A program made the position numbers and the translations under genes. This document shows positions 1-9,020 of a DNA stretch of 64,000 nt, in pieces. Position 1 is the first letter of the stretch; every line of letters starts with the position of its first letter. The notes below the pieces were generated by a model. That model was not told where the DNA came from. It was given only the letters and a program-made list of their open reading frames with translations, and did no database searches. Source of the DNA: a virus; IMG/VR virus record IMGVR_UViG_3300027771_000011, positions 1-64,000 of that record; one strand, 5' to 3'.

Positions 1-304
1 GGTTAGTGTTCACTAACATAATCAAGATATAGGGGGGCCAATCAGCGACCCCGTTCACCTGCCGACCCCCCCATGGTCACTCAGCGACCCCCCCTATTAC
101 AAAGATTGCCGATTACCTTGCTTTTAGTCCATGGTAAAAGACCCTCAATCTACCCACCAAAACCATCCTAATCACACCCATAAAACCACCCTAGTAATGG
201 ACGTAAACTGCAGTCATTTATGGCCGTAATTGTTTGGACTTACATTCTTCCGCGACTCTGCTTAATTACCTACGCTTAGTAACGTTTGGATACGTTAGGT
301 GACA

Positions 305-345
305 GGGGTAACTAACTCCAAATATATGGCATGGTTAGTTACCCC
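305..345. repeat. 12-bp perfect inverted repeat (GGGGTAACTAAC / GTTAGTTACCCC, 17-nt spacer)
   Basis: Read directly: 305-316 is the reverse complement of 334-345. Confidence 0.85.
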
Positions 346-468
346 CCCCATCCAGAGCTTTCCAAAAAGTATATAGAGGTATTACCAAAAAGTTTTGTGT
401 ATTCATCTATAACTTGTTGTTTTTTATACAGTAAAAAGGGTAACCATTACCAAGTAGTTTTGTGTATG

Positions 469-534
469 ACCCAAACGGTACAGTTTCTGAACCCAAACGG
501 TACAGTTTCTGAACCCAAACGGTACAGTTTCTGA
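469..534. repeat. Three exact tandem copies of a 22-bp unit ACCCAAACGGTACAGTTTCTGA (iteron-like)
   Basis: Units at 469-490, 491-512 and 513-534 with no spacers, next to an AT-rich stretch (~365-435). Confidence 0.95.
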
Positions 535-596
535 ACGGTATCATAGGAATCGGTTGTCAAGTAACTGAATTAGTTGAAGTTTTTTTAAATAAGCAC

Positions 597-623
597 TTGA
601 CGGAGTGCGCACGAATCTATAAT
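597..623 (+). promoter_or_regulatory. Putative late promoter (TTGACG ... TATAAT) with palindrome GTGCGCAC in the spacer
   Basis: -35 at 597-602 and TATAAT at 618-623. The 15-bp spacer is suboptimal. It lies upstream of the whole morphogenesis operon. Confidence 0.5.
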
Positions 624-669
624 AAAGGGGGTAGATTCAGATTGTAGTGACTGAGTCTCTGCTTGATGG

Positions 670-772
670 GTGACCACAAATTTCGTGGGTGGTTACACTG
701 TCGCAGTATACCTACAGCGATTCCTCCTAGGTCGTAGTAGTTGTCCTCACCGGATTCCTAGACCGGTGAGGA
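670..772 (+). ncRNA. Structured late-leader RNA / candidate sRNA (three hairpins)
   Basis: Stems 670-677/689-696, 712-720/732-740 (loop UUCCUCCUAGG) and 744-753/763-772 (loop AUUCCUAGA). G-U pairs favour the + strand. Confidence 0.5.
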
Positions 773-801
773 TCCCCCCCCAAATTTAAAAGTAAATCTT
801 T

Positions 802-1482
802 ATGGCTGACTCATATTCAGTTCAAAGTCGTGAAGGCGCTACTAAAAGAGAAGTGCCTTTAACCCCTGACGAAAAACAGGCTTGGTCTGAGAAACTCTCA
901 AAGCAAAAAGAAGAAGACGCCATCATCGCTAAACACAAGGCGAAAGAAGATGTGCGTAAAGATAAATTCAAACGCTGGTGTAGTCGTAACGGGCTAAAAA
1001 GTCAGCAGCAGCGTCATGGTGGTCAGGTCTTAGAAGAGACTGGAACACTTATCACGGTGCGACAAGAACACTTCCTTATGGAGTACATGATTGATTTTGA
1101 TTTGGCTAGAGCAATGGCGAAGGCACAGATCATTCATAAGAAGGTCGCTGTAAGGATATTGAATAAACATCACTCAAGGCTATTTATGCAAGAGCGAATG
1201 AACGAGCTTAAAGAAAAATCTTTAGTGGACGAAGAGATGGTTGTCCGAGGGCTTATCAAAGAAGCAAAGGATATGGAGTTCGGTTCGCCCGGATCTAGGG
1301 TAACAGCTTGGACTCAGTTGGGTCGTCACTTAGCCATGTTCACTGACAAGAGGACTGTTGATTCAAAGATTGCTATTGAATCTGTTATCGCTGATCTACC
1401 TGCATTGGACGATGACGCCATTGAGGGTGATTACATTGAGTCATCCACTGTCGTCAACATCGAAGACATTGATCGGATATGA
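802..1482 (+). CDS. terS: Terminase small subunit
   Basis: Immediately upstream of and overlapping terL. Carries RQEHFLMEYMIDFD and AWTQLGRHLAMFTDK, typical Terminase_2-like motifs. Confidence 0.8.
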   Translation: MADSYSVQSREGATKREVPLTPDEKQAWSEKLSKQKEEDAIIAKHKAKEDVRKDKFKRWCSRNGLKSQQQRHGGQVLEETGTLITVRQEHFLMEYMIDFDLARAMAKAQIIHKKVAVRILNKHHSRLFMQERMNELKEKSLVDEEMVVRGLIKEAKDMEFGSPGSRVTAWTQLGRHLAMFTDKRTVDSKIAIESVIADLPALDDDAIEGDYIESSTVVNIEDIDRI

Positions 1483-3071
1483 CCCCTGCTGAAAAACAAA
1501 AGCTTCAGGCGTTAAAAACTAACTTCCCTTATTTTGCGAAGTCGTGCCTCAACATCAGGACAAAGAAAGGTGATGAGAAGCGGTTTGTGCTCAACAAAGC
1601 CCAGCAGTTCATTCATGAGAAATTAGAGAAGCAGATTGTTGAGACTGGAAAGGTGAGGGCACTTGTTCTTAAAGGTAGGCAACAAGGCTGCTCAACTTAC
1701 ACTGAGGCTCGTTTCTATCATAAGGTGAGTCAGAACCGAGGCAAGCGTGCGTTCATCCTTACACACGAGCATGAAGCCACGGCCAACTTGTTTGATATGG
1801 TAAGACGTTATCACGAAGGCAATCCTTTCAAGCCATCCGTCTCTAGTTCAAACGCCAAAGAGTTGATGTTCGACAAGATAGACTCTGGTTACAAGGTGGG
1901 TACTGCAGGTAACAAAGCAGTAGGTCGATCTCAAACCCTACAATTATTTCATGGATCAGAAGTTGGTTTCTGGCCCAACGGTGAAGAGCATCTAGCTGGT
2001 GTATTGCAAGCCGTTCCATCGGAGGATGGTACTGAAGTTATTCTTGAATCAACTGCCAACGGTGTTGGTGGTGTGTTCTATGAAATGGTTCAGGCAGCAC
2101 AGCGAGGCGAAGGCACATACCAATTAATATTTGTGCCTTGGTACTGGCAACCTGAATACGTCATGTTATCTCCAGTAGATTTCGTTAGGACAAAACAAGA
2201 AGAGCAGATGGTAGAGAGCCTTGGCTTAACAAACGATCAGCTTTATTGGAGGCGCAATAAAATCATGGAGCTTCGCTCTGATGACTTGTTCCGTCAAGAG
2301 TACCCCATTTCAGCAAACGAAGCGTTCATCTCATCGGGTCGCAGTGTGTTTGTCTCTTCATGGCTTATGGCCGCAAGAGATGAGTGCTACTCCCCAATGA
2401 TGAGAGCTGACCTTCAGATTGAATCGCAGACACTGATTGAAAAAGATGATGGCTGTTTAAGGGTTTGGGATTTACCTCAATCGAATTCTCGTTACGTTAT
2501 AGGCGTTGACGTTGCAGAAGGCTTAGAGAAGGGTGACTTCTCGTGTGCAGATGTCTTAGACCAAAACGGTAATCAAGTAGCTCAGTGGCATGGAAAAATT
2601 GCTCCTGATCATTTTGGTGATTTGCTCTACGCCTTGGGCATGCTATATCGCAGAGCCTTTATGGGAGTTGAGCGAAACAACCACGGGCTTACTACCCTAA
2701 CCATATTAAAGAATAAAGGTTACCCCAACCTTTATATGCAAGAAGAATTAGAACGTGAGTATGACGGCAAACAATTTAAGAAAGTTGGCTGGCTTACAAC
2801 ATCTCGTTCCAAACCTTTAATCATCGACAACCTCGCATCCATTATCCGAGATTCTGATTCTGGCATTGTCTGCCAAGAAACAATTGATGAAATGGAAACT
2901 TACATCGTTCAGTCAAACGGTAGCACTAATTCAAGACATGGTTATTACGATGACCGCGTCATGTCTTATGCCATCGCTTGTGAAATGTATCGGAGGATGC
3001 CAAGAAATTATGGCCACTCCGTAGTAAGTATACGACAGTTTAAGGCCGCTCAAGCGGGTGTAGGGTATTAA
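1479..3071 (+). CDS. terL: Terminase large subunit
   Basis: Walker A LKGRQQGCST, Walker B LFHGSE, coupling motif ESTANG, RNase H-like nuclease IGVDVAEG ... DDRVMS. Confidence 0.95.
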   Translation: MTPAEKQKLQALKTNFPYFAKSCLNIRTKKGDEKRFVLNKAQQFIHEKLEKQIVETGKVRALVLKGRQQGCSTYTEARFYHKVSQNRGKRAFILTHEHEATANLFDMVRRYHEGNPFKPSVSSSNAKELMFDKIDSGYKVGTAGNKAVGRSQTLQLFHGSEVGFWPNGEEHLAGVLQAVPSEDGTEVILESTANGVGGVFYEMVQAAQRGEGTYQLIFVPWYWQPEYVMLSPVDFVRTKQEEQMVESLGLTNDQLYWRRNKIMELRSDDLFRQEYPISANEAFISSGRSVFVSSWLMAARDECYSPMMRADLQIESQTLIEKDDGCLRVWDLPQSNSRYVIGVDVAEGLEKGDFSCADVLDQNGNQVAQWHGKIAPDHFGDLLYALGMLYRRAFMGVERNNHGLTTLTILKNKGYPNLYMQEELEREYDGKQFKKVGWLTTSRSKPLIIDNLASIIRDSDSGIVCQETIDEMETYIVQSNGSTNSRHGYYDDRVMSYAIACEMYRRMPRNYGHSVVSIRQFKAAQAGVGY

Positions 3072-5198
3072 ATGATAATTGATTACAAAGAAGGTGAAGA
3101 GCCTCAAAACGATGAATCAGAGAACAACGAAAGAGTTGCTGATTCATTAGGCGGAACGCTGCGTAATCGTTTTGAAGAATGGAGCGATGCCCGTAAAGAC
3201 ATTGAAGACGATTGGGTTAAAGATCTGCGTGCGTTCAATGCTCAGTATGACGAAGACACACAGGCTCGTTTGTCTGCTGACCCCAACCGATCACAGATCT
3301 ATGTTCGTCTAACTCGTGAAAAAACAATGGCGGCTTATAGTCGCATCATTGATTTATTGTTTCCCAGTGGAGACATGCCTTGGAGTATAGAACCCACCAG
3401 CGTCCCCGAGATGATGGATGAACCTTCTATTATTGAGCTTAACCAAAAGGCCATGTTTGAAGTAGAGGCCATCATGCAGCAGTTACAAGCTGAAGGTGGC
3501 GAGTTACAGATAGATCCGATGGAGTTAGCAAAGCAGCGCGTTGCAGAAGTGATGGAAGAGGCTGCAGCAGAATCTCGAAAAATTGCTAAAAAACGTGCTG
3601 AGCTGATGACTCTCGAAATGAAGGATCAGTTAGAAGAATTGAATTATGAAGGTGTGTACAAGAAAGCCATTATGGAATCTTGCATGCTGGGTACAGGTTG
3701 TGTGAAAGGATCCACTGTAAAAGTGGAAAATAAACAGAGATGGTCAGAAACTCCTGATGGCTGGACAATGTCCTCAGAAGAAATCGCTAAACCAAATATC
3801 GAGTATGTATCAATTTTCGATGTTTATCCTGATCCTTATGCAATTGACTTGAGTGATTTATCTGGTGTGTTTCACCGCCATGTAATGACGAAGCATCAGT
3901 TTCGTGCGCTAAAGAAAATGACTGGATTTAGTACAGAAAACATAGATGAAATCGTTTCCGATAATCCTGATGGAAACCATGTTGAAGAAACCCACGAACA
4001 GTCAAGACGCCACATTGCTGGTCAGTTAATGAAGACCACATCAAATCGCTATGAGGTCATTGAGTGGTGGGGTTTAGTCGATGGTCTTGAACTTCAAAAG
4101 GCTGGATTAGAAATAGAAGATGAAACTGAAGAGTATGAGGCTAACGTCTGGATCTGTGGATCTAAAGTTATTCGTGCTCGATTGAATCCACACCAAGGTG
4201 GGGAGCTTCCCTATCAGTTATTTCCTTACGAACGCACTCCCCATCAGTTGTGGGGCACAGGCGTTCCTAAGATGATGCGTGATTCGCAAGACACCATTAA
4301 CGCTGCAGTAAGAATCTTCATTGATAACCAAGCAATTTCTTCTGGCCCTCAAGTTGAGGTCAATACCAACATGCTTCCAGCTGGAGCGGATGTTACTGAC
4401 ATTCACCCATGGAAGATTTGGTTACGTGAGGGTGGTGATTCAGCCACACCGATGCTCAGGTTCTATCAGCCGCAGAATGTATCTCAGCATCTAACCACTG
4501 TGATCGAATTGTTCAGACGCTTCGCTGATGAAGAAACATCAATGCCATCTTATAGCCACGGACAGAATACTCCGGGCATGACTAAGACAGCATCAGGCAT
4601 ATCCATGATGATGGGTGCAGCTTCTATTGCAGTTAAATCAATAATTAAGAACATTGATGACTATTTGACGCGTCCTCTAATTGTCAGTTTGTACAACTGG
4701 AACATGAGATGGAACATTAAAGAAGAAATCAAAGGTGATATGAAAATTGTCGCCCGTGGTTCTACCGCATTATTGGCTAAGGAAGTCCAATCTCAGCGTC
4801 TTATTCAGTTTGCTCAGATGACAACCAACGAAGTTGATCTGCCGTTAACAGATAGACGCGTTGTGCTGGGCGAAGTAGCCAGATCTCTTGATCTAGACCC
4901 TGATAAGTTCATGCCAGTGCCTGATGACGAGTCGATGCAAGCTCAAGAAGCAAGGCAAACAGCAGATGATCAGATGCGAGAAGCTCATATGGAAGCTGAG
5001 ATGGCTGAACAAGCGGCCACAATCGCTAAACTTCAGGCTCAAGCTAAGAGAGAACAGTCACAAGCGATGCTCAATATGGTTGATGCTGAGACATTACCTG
5101 CAGAACGAGAGGCAGAAGCTGCTCGAGACAGGGCATATGCGGCTCAAACAGTTCAATCTGTACAACAAGGCAAGACCCCAGATGGGTTTAGTCAGTAA
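3072..5198 (+). CDS. Portal protein
   Basis: 708 aa directly after terL. Contains VSIFDVYPDP, WGTGVPKMMRDSQ and KTASGISMMM, plus a coiled-coil C-terminal barrel as in P22/podovirus-type portals. Confidence 0.9.
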   Translation: MIIDYKEGEEPQNDESENNERVADSLGGTLRNRFEEWSDARKDIEDDWVKDLRAFNAQYDEDTQARLSADPNRSQIYVRLTREKTMAAYSRIIDLLFPSGDMPWSIEPTSVPEMMDEPSIIELNQKAMFEVEAIMQQLQAEGGELQIDPMELAKQRVAEVMEEAAAESRKIAKKRAELMTLEMKDQLEELNYEGVYKKAIMESCMLGTGCVKGSTVKVENKQRWSETPDGWTMSSEEIAKPNIEYVSIFDVYPDPYAIDLSDLSGVFHRHVMTKHQFRALKKMTGFSTENIDEIVSDNPDGNHVEETHEQSRRHIAGQLMKTTSNRYEVIEWWGLVDGLELQKAGLEIEDETEEYEANVWICGSKVIRARLNPHQGGELPYQLFPYERTPHQLWGTGVPKMMRDSQDTINAAVRIFIDNQAISSGPQVEVNTNMLPAGADVTDIHPWKIWLREGGDSATPMLRFYQPQNVSQHLTTVIELFRRFADEETSMPSYSHGQNTPGMTKTASGISMMMGAASIAVKSIIKNIDDYLTRPLIVSLYNWNMRWNIKEEIKGDMKIVARGSTALLAKEVQSQRLIQFAQMTTNEVDLPLTDRRVVLGEVARSLDLDPDKFMPVPDDESMQAQEARQTADDQMREAHMEAEMAEQAATIAKLQAQAKREQSQAMLNMVDAETLPAEREAEAARDRAYAAQTVQSVQQGKTPDGFSQ

Positions 5199-5201
5199 TG
5201 T

Positions 5202-5531
5202 ATGGAATACCATACTGAAAGATACGAACCAGATCTTTGGTATCTCAGTATAGGTGGTGATCCTAAAAAGTTTTATACCTTATCCAAGGTGATTAGAGCT
5301 GAGCTAGCTGTTAAACACATTCGTAAAGGACTGCAACTCAGTCTCCCAGAAAATCGCCTAGCGTTTGCTGTCATTAAGCAAGCGGTGGCGGATTTAGCCC
5401 ACATCAAACCAAACATTCAGGACAGTGCATGGGATTACCTGCAGTGTCCCGATGCTCTATTCCTTGATGCCATCGAACTTGATGCAGGTTATGTCCGACT
5501 TGTGGCTAAGCAATATGGGCTAACCAAATGA
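5202..5531 (+). CDS. Hypothetical protein (RLAFAVIKQAVADL motif)
   Basis: Fills the gap between portal and the next gene in operon orientation. Confidence 0.6.
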   Translation: MEYHTERYEPDLWYLSIGGDPKKFYTLSKVIRAELAVKHIRKGLQLSLPENRLAFAVIKQAVADLAHIKPNIQDSAWDYLQCPDALFLDAIELDAGYVRLVAKQYGLTK

Positions 5532-5767
5532 ATCGAAAACAATTACAGCGATCAGAAGTTGAAGCTGTCATGTACCTCACATATAGCAACCCCGATCAAT
5601 GGGGTCGCTTCAAAGAATACCTCCAACGCATGTATGACATTGCGAAGGAAGACATGGAGACGAACCCTCACGACCTTGGTGCTTATCGCACGTTACAAGG
5701 TGAATGTGCGGTGCTTCGTAAGCTGCTGCAGATCGAAGAGACTGCGCAGAAACTCCTCAACACATAG
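5528..5767 (+). CDS. Small portal-adjacent helical protein
   Basis: ATGA overlap with the previous gene. YRTLQGECAVLRKLL resembles small proteins commonly found between portal and scaffold. Confidence 0.7.
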   Translation: MNRKQLQRSEVEAVMYLTYSNPDQWGRFKEYLQRMYDIAKEDMETNPHDLGAYRTLQGECAVLRKLLQIEETAQKLLNT

Positions 5768-5781
5768 CTTTATTTTTTTCT

Positions 5782-5989
5782 GGCTGGATAAGCGATTTCG
5801 CCCCAGCTGAATTGGAGCGGGTGAAGGAATTCCCGAATAAGTGCCCCCGAACAGGACAAGGCGCGGATCGGCCTGATACCCATCATTGCGGAGAGAGCAA
5901 GTGACACCAGAGCAAATAGACCGTTTAGAAGCGGAAGCAGACGAGGCTTTAAGACAGGCTACATCAGCCCCCGAACAGGACAAGGTTGA
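5782..5989 (+). promoter_or_regulatory. Three copies of an RNA stem with GG-AYAA / single-C asymmetric internal loop around the scaffold start
   Basis: Copies at 5782-5808, 5841-5864 and 5964-5989. Copies 2 and 3 share a 19-nt core but have different, still-pairing outer stems. Confidence 0.6.
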
Positions 5990-6908
5990 AGTGACTGAGT
6001 TGGCAGAGGCGCAAGCTGAAGCTGATGGTATTGAATCCCAAGTGGTTGAACCAGAAGTAACAAACAAAGCAGAACCCAAAGCAGAAGAAGCGGCAGTGGC
6101 AACTGAAGCAGAACCTGAAGAGGACAACTCAGCTAACTTTGAAACTGATGGAGTGAGTATAAAGAATGCGCAAGAGCGTATTCATAACGCGCAAGCCTCT
6201 TACGAGAACGCACGCAAGAAGATGACGAAAGCTTCGATGGAAGCCTCAGAACTTCGCAAGCAGAATGAAGCCCTTCAAGCTCAGCTAGAAAGCGCCAAGA
6301 TGATGGCTACCATGCCAGCATTAGCTCCTAGTGGAGACGCTCCACCAAGGCCATTAGTGGCTGAGGCGGATGACCTAACATCCTTTGTGGATGAATACGG
6401 TGAAGACTTTAATCCTCTCGTAAATACCATGCGCACCCAAAAACAACTTATCGACAAGATGAGTGGGCAGCTATCCCAAATGGAGCAGTCACAGAAATCT
6501 ACGGACGCTAATAAAGCAGAAGTAGAACATCGTGAAGCCATCATTGAAGGACATGCAGACGCCTACGAAGTTGTTGATACGCCTGATTTTCAGGGATGGG
6601 CCTCACGCCAACCTAAAGAAGTTCAAGACATCCTCCGTTCTGGCAGCCCTCAATCGGTTATTTGGATGCTCTCCTCGTACAAAGAGGCTGTAGGTGCTAG
6701 TCCCGTGAACGCTAAAGCGGATAAGCAAAAGCAGCTTTTGGACGATGCAAAGAAGGCGGCTGATCCGGCTGTTTCATCTGTTCGTTCCAACAACACTGGC
6801 CAAAAGACTACTCAGTTTACTCGTGAACAAATTAAAAACATGAGTCTTTCTGAGTATGAAAAGCATGCCGATCAAATTGATCAGGCCATGTTATCCGGTC
6901 AGTTATGA
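5901..6908 (+). CDS. Capsid scaffolding protein
   Basis: Acidic coiled-coil protein just before the capsid gene, ending FTREQIKNMSLSEYEKHADQIDQAMLSG. GTG at 5901 with GGAGAG RBS preferred over TTG at 5886. Confidence 0.85.
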   Translation: MTPEQIDRLEAEADEALRQATSAPEQDKVEVTELAEAQAEADGIESQVVEPEVTNKAEPKAEEAAVATEAEPEEDNSANFETDGVSIKNAQERIHNAQASYENARKKMTKASMEASELRKQNEALQAQLESAKMMATMPALAPSGDAPPRPLVAEADDLTSFVDEYGEDFNPLVNTMRTQKQLIDKMSGQLSQMEQSQKSTDANKAEVEHREAIIEGHADAYEVVDTPDFQGWASRQPKEVQDILRSGSPQSVIWMLSSYKEAVGASPVNAKADKQKQLLDDAKKAADPAVSSVRSNNTGQKTTQFTREQIKNMSLSEYEKHADQIDQAMLSGQL

Positions 6909-6939
6909 CGAGTTAGGATTGATTCCCTTTCCTGACTCG
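6909..6939 (+). other. Intergenic hairpin between scaffold and capsid (possible processing/stability element)
   Basis: CGAGTTAGGA (6909-6918) pairs with TCCTGACTCG (6930-6939). Confidence 0.5.
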
Positions 6940-6970
6940 AAAATTTATTTTCTAAATAAGGAGAAGGGCA

Positions 6971-7882
6971 ATGGCACTTCCATTTGCAGACGGCGCAGGC
7001 GGTCGATTTATACCTGAAGTATGGAGCAAGAAGTTACTTGCTAATTTTTATAAAACCACAGTGTTAGACGCAATTTGTAACACTGACTACCAAGGCGATA
7101 TTTCTGGCCATGGTAGCAAGGTTCATGTTCGTCACACACCAACTGTGGGCATCTCGGATTACGATCCAGCTCACGCAACACCAATCACTAGCTATGCGGA
7201 TCTTAACGATACCGAGCTAGAGTTGTTAATCGACAAAGCTAAAATGTTTGCTTTCAAGGTTGACGATGTGTTGATGGCTCAATCTGATATTCAGCTAGTT
7301 AACGAGGCAACTCGTGATGCTGGTGAGCGTATGAAGATTGCTGTTGATAGCGATGTATTAAATGGTATTTACAGTGGCGTTGCTGCTGGCAATATCATTG
7401 GTGGTGCATTGTATGCTAATGCCATACAGATCACTTCGGCTAATGTTATTGACCATATCATTGATATGGGTAACAAGTTGGACGAAGCTGATCAGGCTGA
7501 ATCTGGCCGTTGGTTGGTTCTACCACCTTGGATCTGTTCAATGATCAAGAAGTCTGATCTTCAGAACGCTAACCAGTCAGGTGATTCTACCTCGATTGCG
7601 CGTAATGGAAAGCTAGGCATCATTGATCGCTTTACGATCTATCAGTCTAACAACGTGCCGATTCGTGGTGACGATGCCGCAGCCGCAGCCGTAGCTGACG
7701 CTGATGCTCAGTATAAGATCTTGGGTGGTACTACCCAGTTCGCTACGTTTGCTAGCCAGTTTGTTAAGACTGAAACCCTACGTTTGGAAAGCCGTTTCGG
7801 TGATGCCATCCGTGGTTTAAAAGTATACGGCTACAAAGTCGTTCAACCTACCTCTGCTGTTTTGTTAAACGCTAAGAAGTAG
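6971..7882 (+). CDS. Major capsid protein (P22 coat-like)
   Basis: FIPEVWSKKLL N-terminus and FGDAIRGLKVYGYKVVQP C-terminus. Strong AGGAG RBS, followed by a terminator. Confidence 0.92.
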   Translation: MALPFADGAGGRFIPEVWSKKLLANFYKTTVLDAICNTDYQGDISGHGSKVHVRHTPTVGISDYDPAHATPITSYADLNDTELELLIDKAKMFAFKVDDVLMAQSDIQLVNEATRDAGERMKIAVDSDVLNGIYSGVAAGNIIGGALYANAIQITSANVIDHIIDMGNKLDEADQAESGRWLVLPPWICSMIKKSDLQNANQSGDSTSIARNGKLGIIDRFTIYQSNNVPIRGDDAAAAAVADADAQYKILGGTTQFATFASQFVKTETLRLESRFGDAIRGLKVYGYKVVQPTSAVLLNAKK

Positions 7883-7888
7883 ATCATA

Positions 7889-7926
7889 GCCCTCATCTCG
7901 ATTCGCTCGAGGTGGGGGTTTTTTTT
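7889..7926 (+). terminator. Intrinsic terminator after capsid gene
   Basis: 13-bp GC-rich stem (7889-7901/7907-7919) followed by a T run. Confidence 0.85.
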
Positions 7927-7937
7927 GAGGAGAAATC

Positions 7938-8291
7938 ATGTCTAAAGGTAAAGCCCTAAAAATGCAGACGGCAATATCTAAGGAAGACTTAGAATTTATT
8001 GAAACCATGTCTAAAGATGATCTTGAAAGCTATGTTAAGCAGCATTTCAGTATCGACATGGATAAGCGCAGCAAGGCCAGCACCCTAAGAGCCGATGCTA
8101 CGAAGATGATTAAAGACCATTTAGGTCTCACCGAACCAAAGGTTGAGAAGAAAGAAACCAATAAGGCAACTAAGGAACCCACTATTAAGTTTGTTCGTAA
8201 TCCTGTTGATGGCTTTCCTTATCCAACCATTCCATGGGGTGAGATGAACCCTGATTGGATGCCATGTGATTCAAGCGGTAAATTAATCTAG
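7938..8291 (+). CDS. Hypothetical head-associated protein
   Basis: GAGGAG RBS; position after the capsid gene. Confidence 0.75.
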   Translation: MSKGKALKMQTAISKEDLEFIETMSKDDLESYVKQHFSIDMDKRSKASTLRADATKMIKDHLGLTEPKVEKKETNKATKEPTIKFVRNPVDGFPYPTIPWGEMNPDWMPCDSSGKLI

Positions 8292-8300
8292 GAGTAATCC

Positions 8301-9011
8301 ATGGCCGTCACGTTAGCCAAAGAAATTATCAGTAGAGCCAAGATTGTTTTGCAGGACACAAGCTCGTCTGGCACGCGGTGGCCAAACTCTGAACTTCAGT
8401 ACTGGTTGAATGATGCTCATAAAGAAGTAGTCCTGTATCGGCCTGATGCCAATACTATTAATGAGGAGTTTACGCCTGTCGCAGACTCTTCCAAACAGAC
8501 TCTTCCAGCTGATGGATTGAGGTTGATGGAAGTTATTCGTAACACAGCAGCAACTTCTACCTATAAGGCAACTCGATTGATTCAGAGATCCGTTCTCGAT
8601 GACCAAGTACCTGCATGGCATAACGCAACGGCTGGCGTGAACATAGATCATTTTGTCTATGACGAGCGGGATCCAAAGACATTCTACTTGTATCCCCGAC
8701 CTAATTCTTTAGCAAGATTAGAGATTATATATTCAAAATTGCCTACTGAGATTTCGATTGTAAATGCAGACGAAACATTAAATTCAGCAGCATCAACCAC
8801 GAAGATAGGCGTAGATGATATTTATGCCAATGCTCTGTTGGATTTTATTCTCTATCGTGCCTATAACAAAGACGCGGAGTTTGCAGGTAATGCGACTCGT
8901 GCTCAAGTTCACATGATGGGCTTTGCTTCTTCATTGGGTGTTAAGTCAAAGATTGATGCTTCTAGTGCACAGATGAGAGCAGTACAAGGCGCAGATGCAG
9001 TTAACTCTTAG
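8301..9011 (+). CDS. Head-tail adaptor (DUF6682-like)
   Basis: RWPNSELQYWLNDA ... YRPDA, FYLYPRP and YRAYNKDAE motifs recalled for podovirus adaptors. Confidence 0.75.
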   Translation: MAVTLAKEIISRAKIVLQDTSSSGTRWPNSELQYWLNDAHKEVVLYRPDANTINEEFTPVADSSKQTLPADGLRLMEVIRNTAATSTYKATRLIQRSVLDDQVPAWHNATAGVNIDHFVYDERDPKTFYLYPRPNSLARLEIIYSKLPTEISIVNADETLNSAASTTKIGVDDIYANALLDFILYRAYNKDAEFAGNATRAQVHMMGFASSLGVKSKIDASSAQMRAVQGADAVNS

Positions 9012-9020
9012 GAATAACCC

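Noticed and set aside
331-534. 67-aa ORF over the repeat region
   Set aside because: No RBS; it runs through the 22-bp repeats, which are not a multiple of three; most likely spurious.
469-534. CRISPR array
   Set aside because: Units are directly adjacent with no spacers, and there are no cas genes.
744-780. Intrinsic terminator (tR'-like)
   Set aside because: The stem is strong but followed by a C run, not a U tract; kept only as part of the leader structure.
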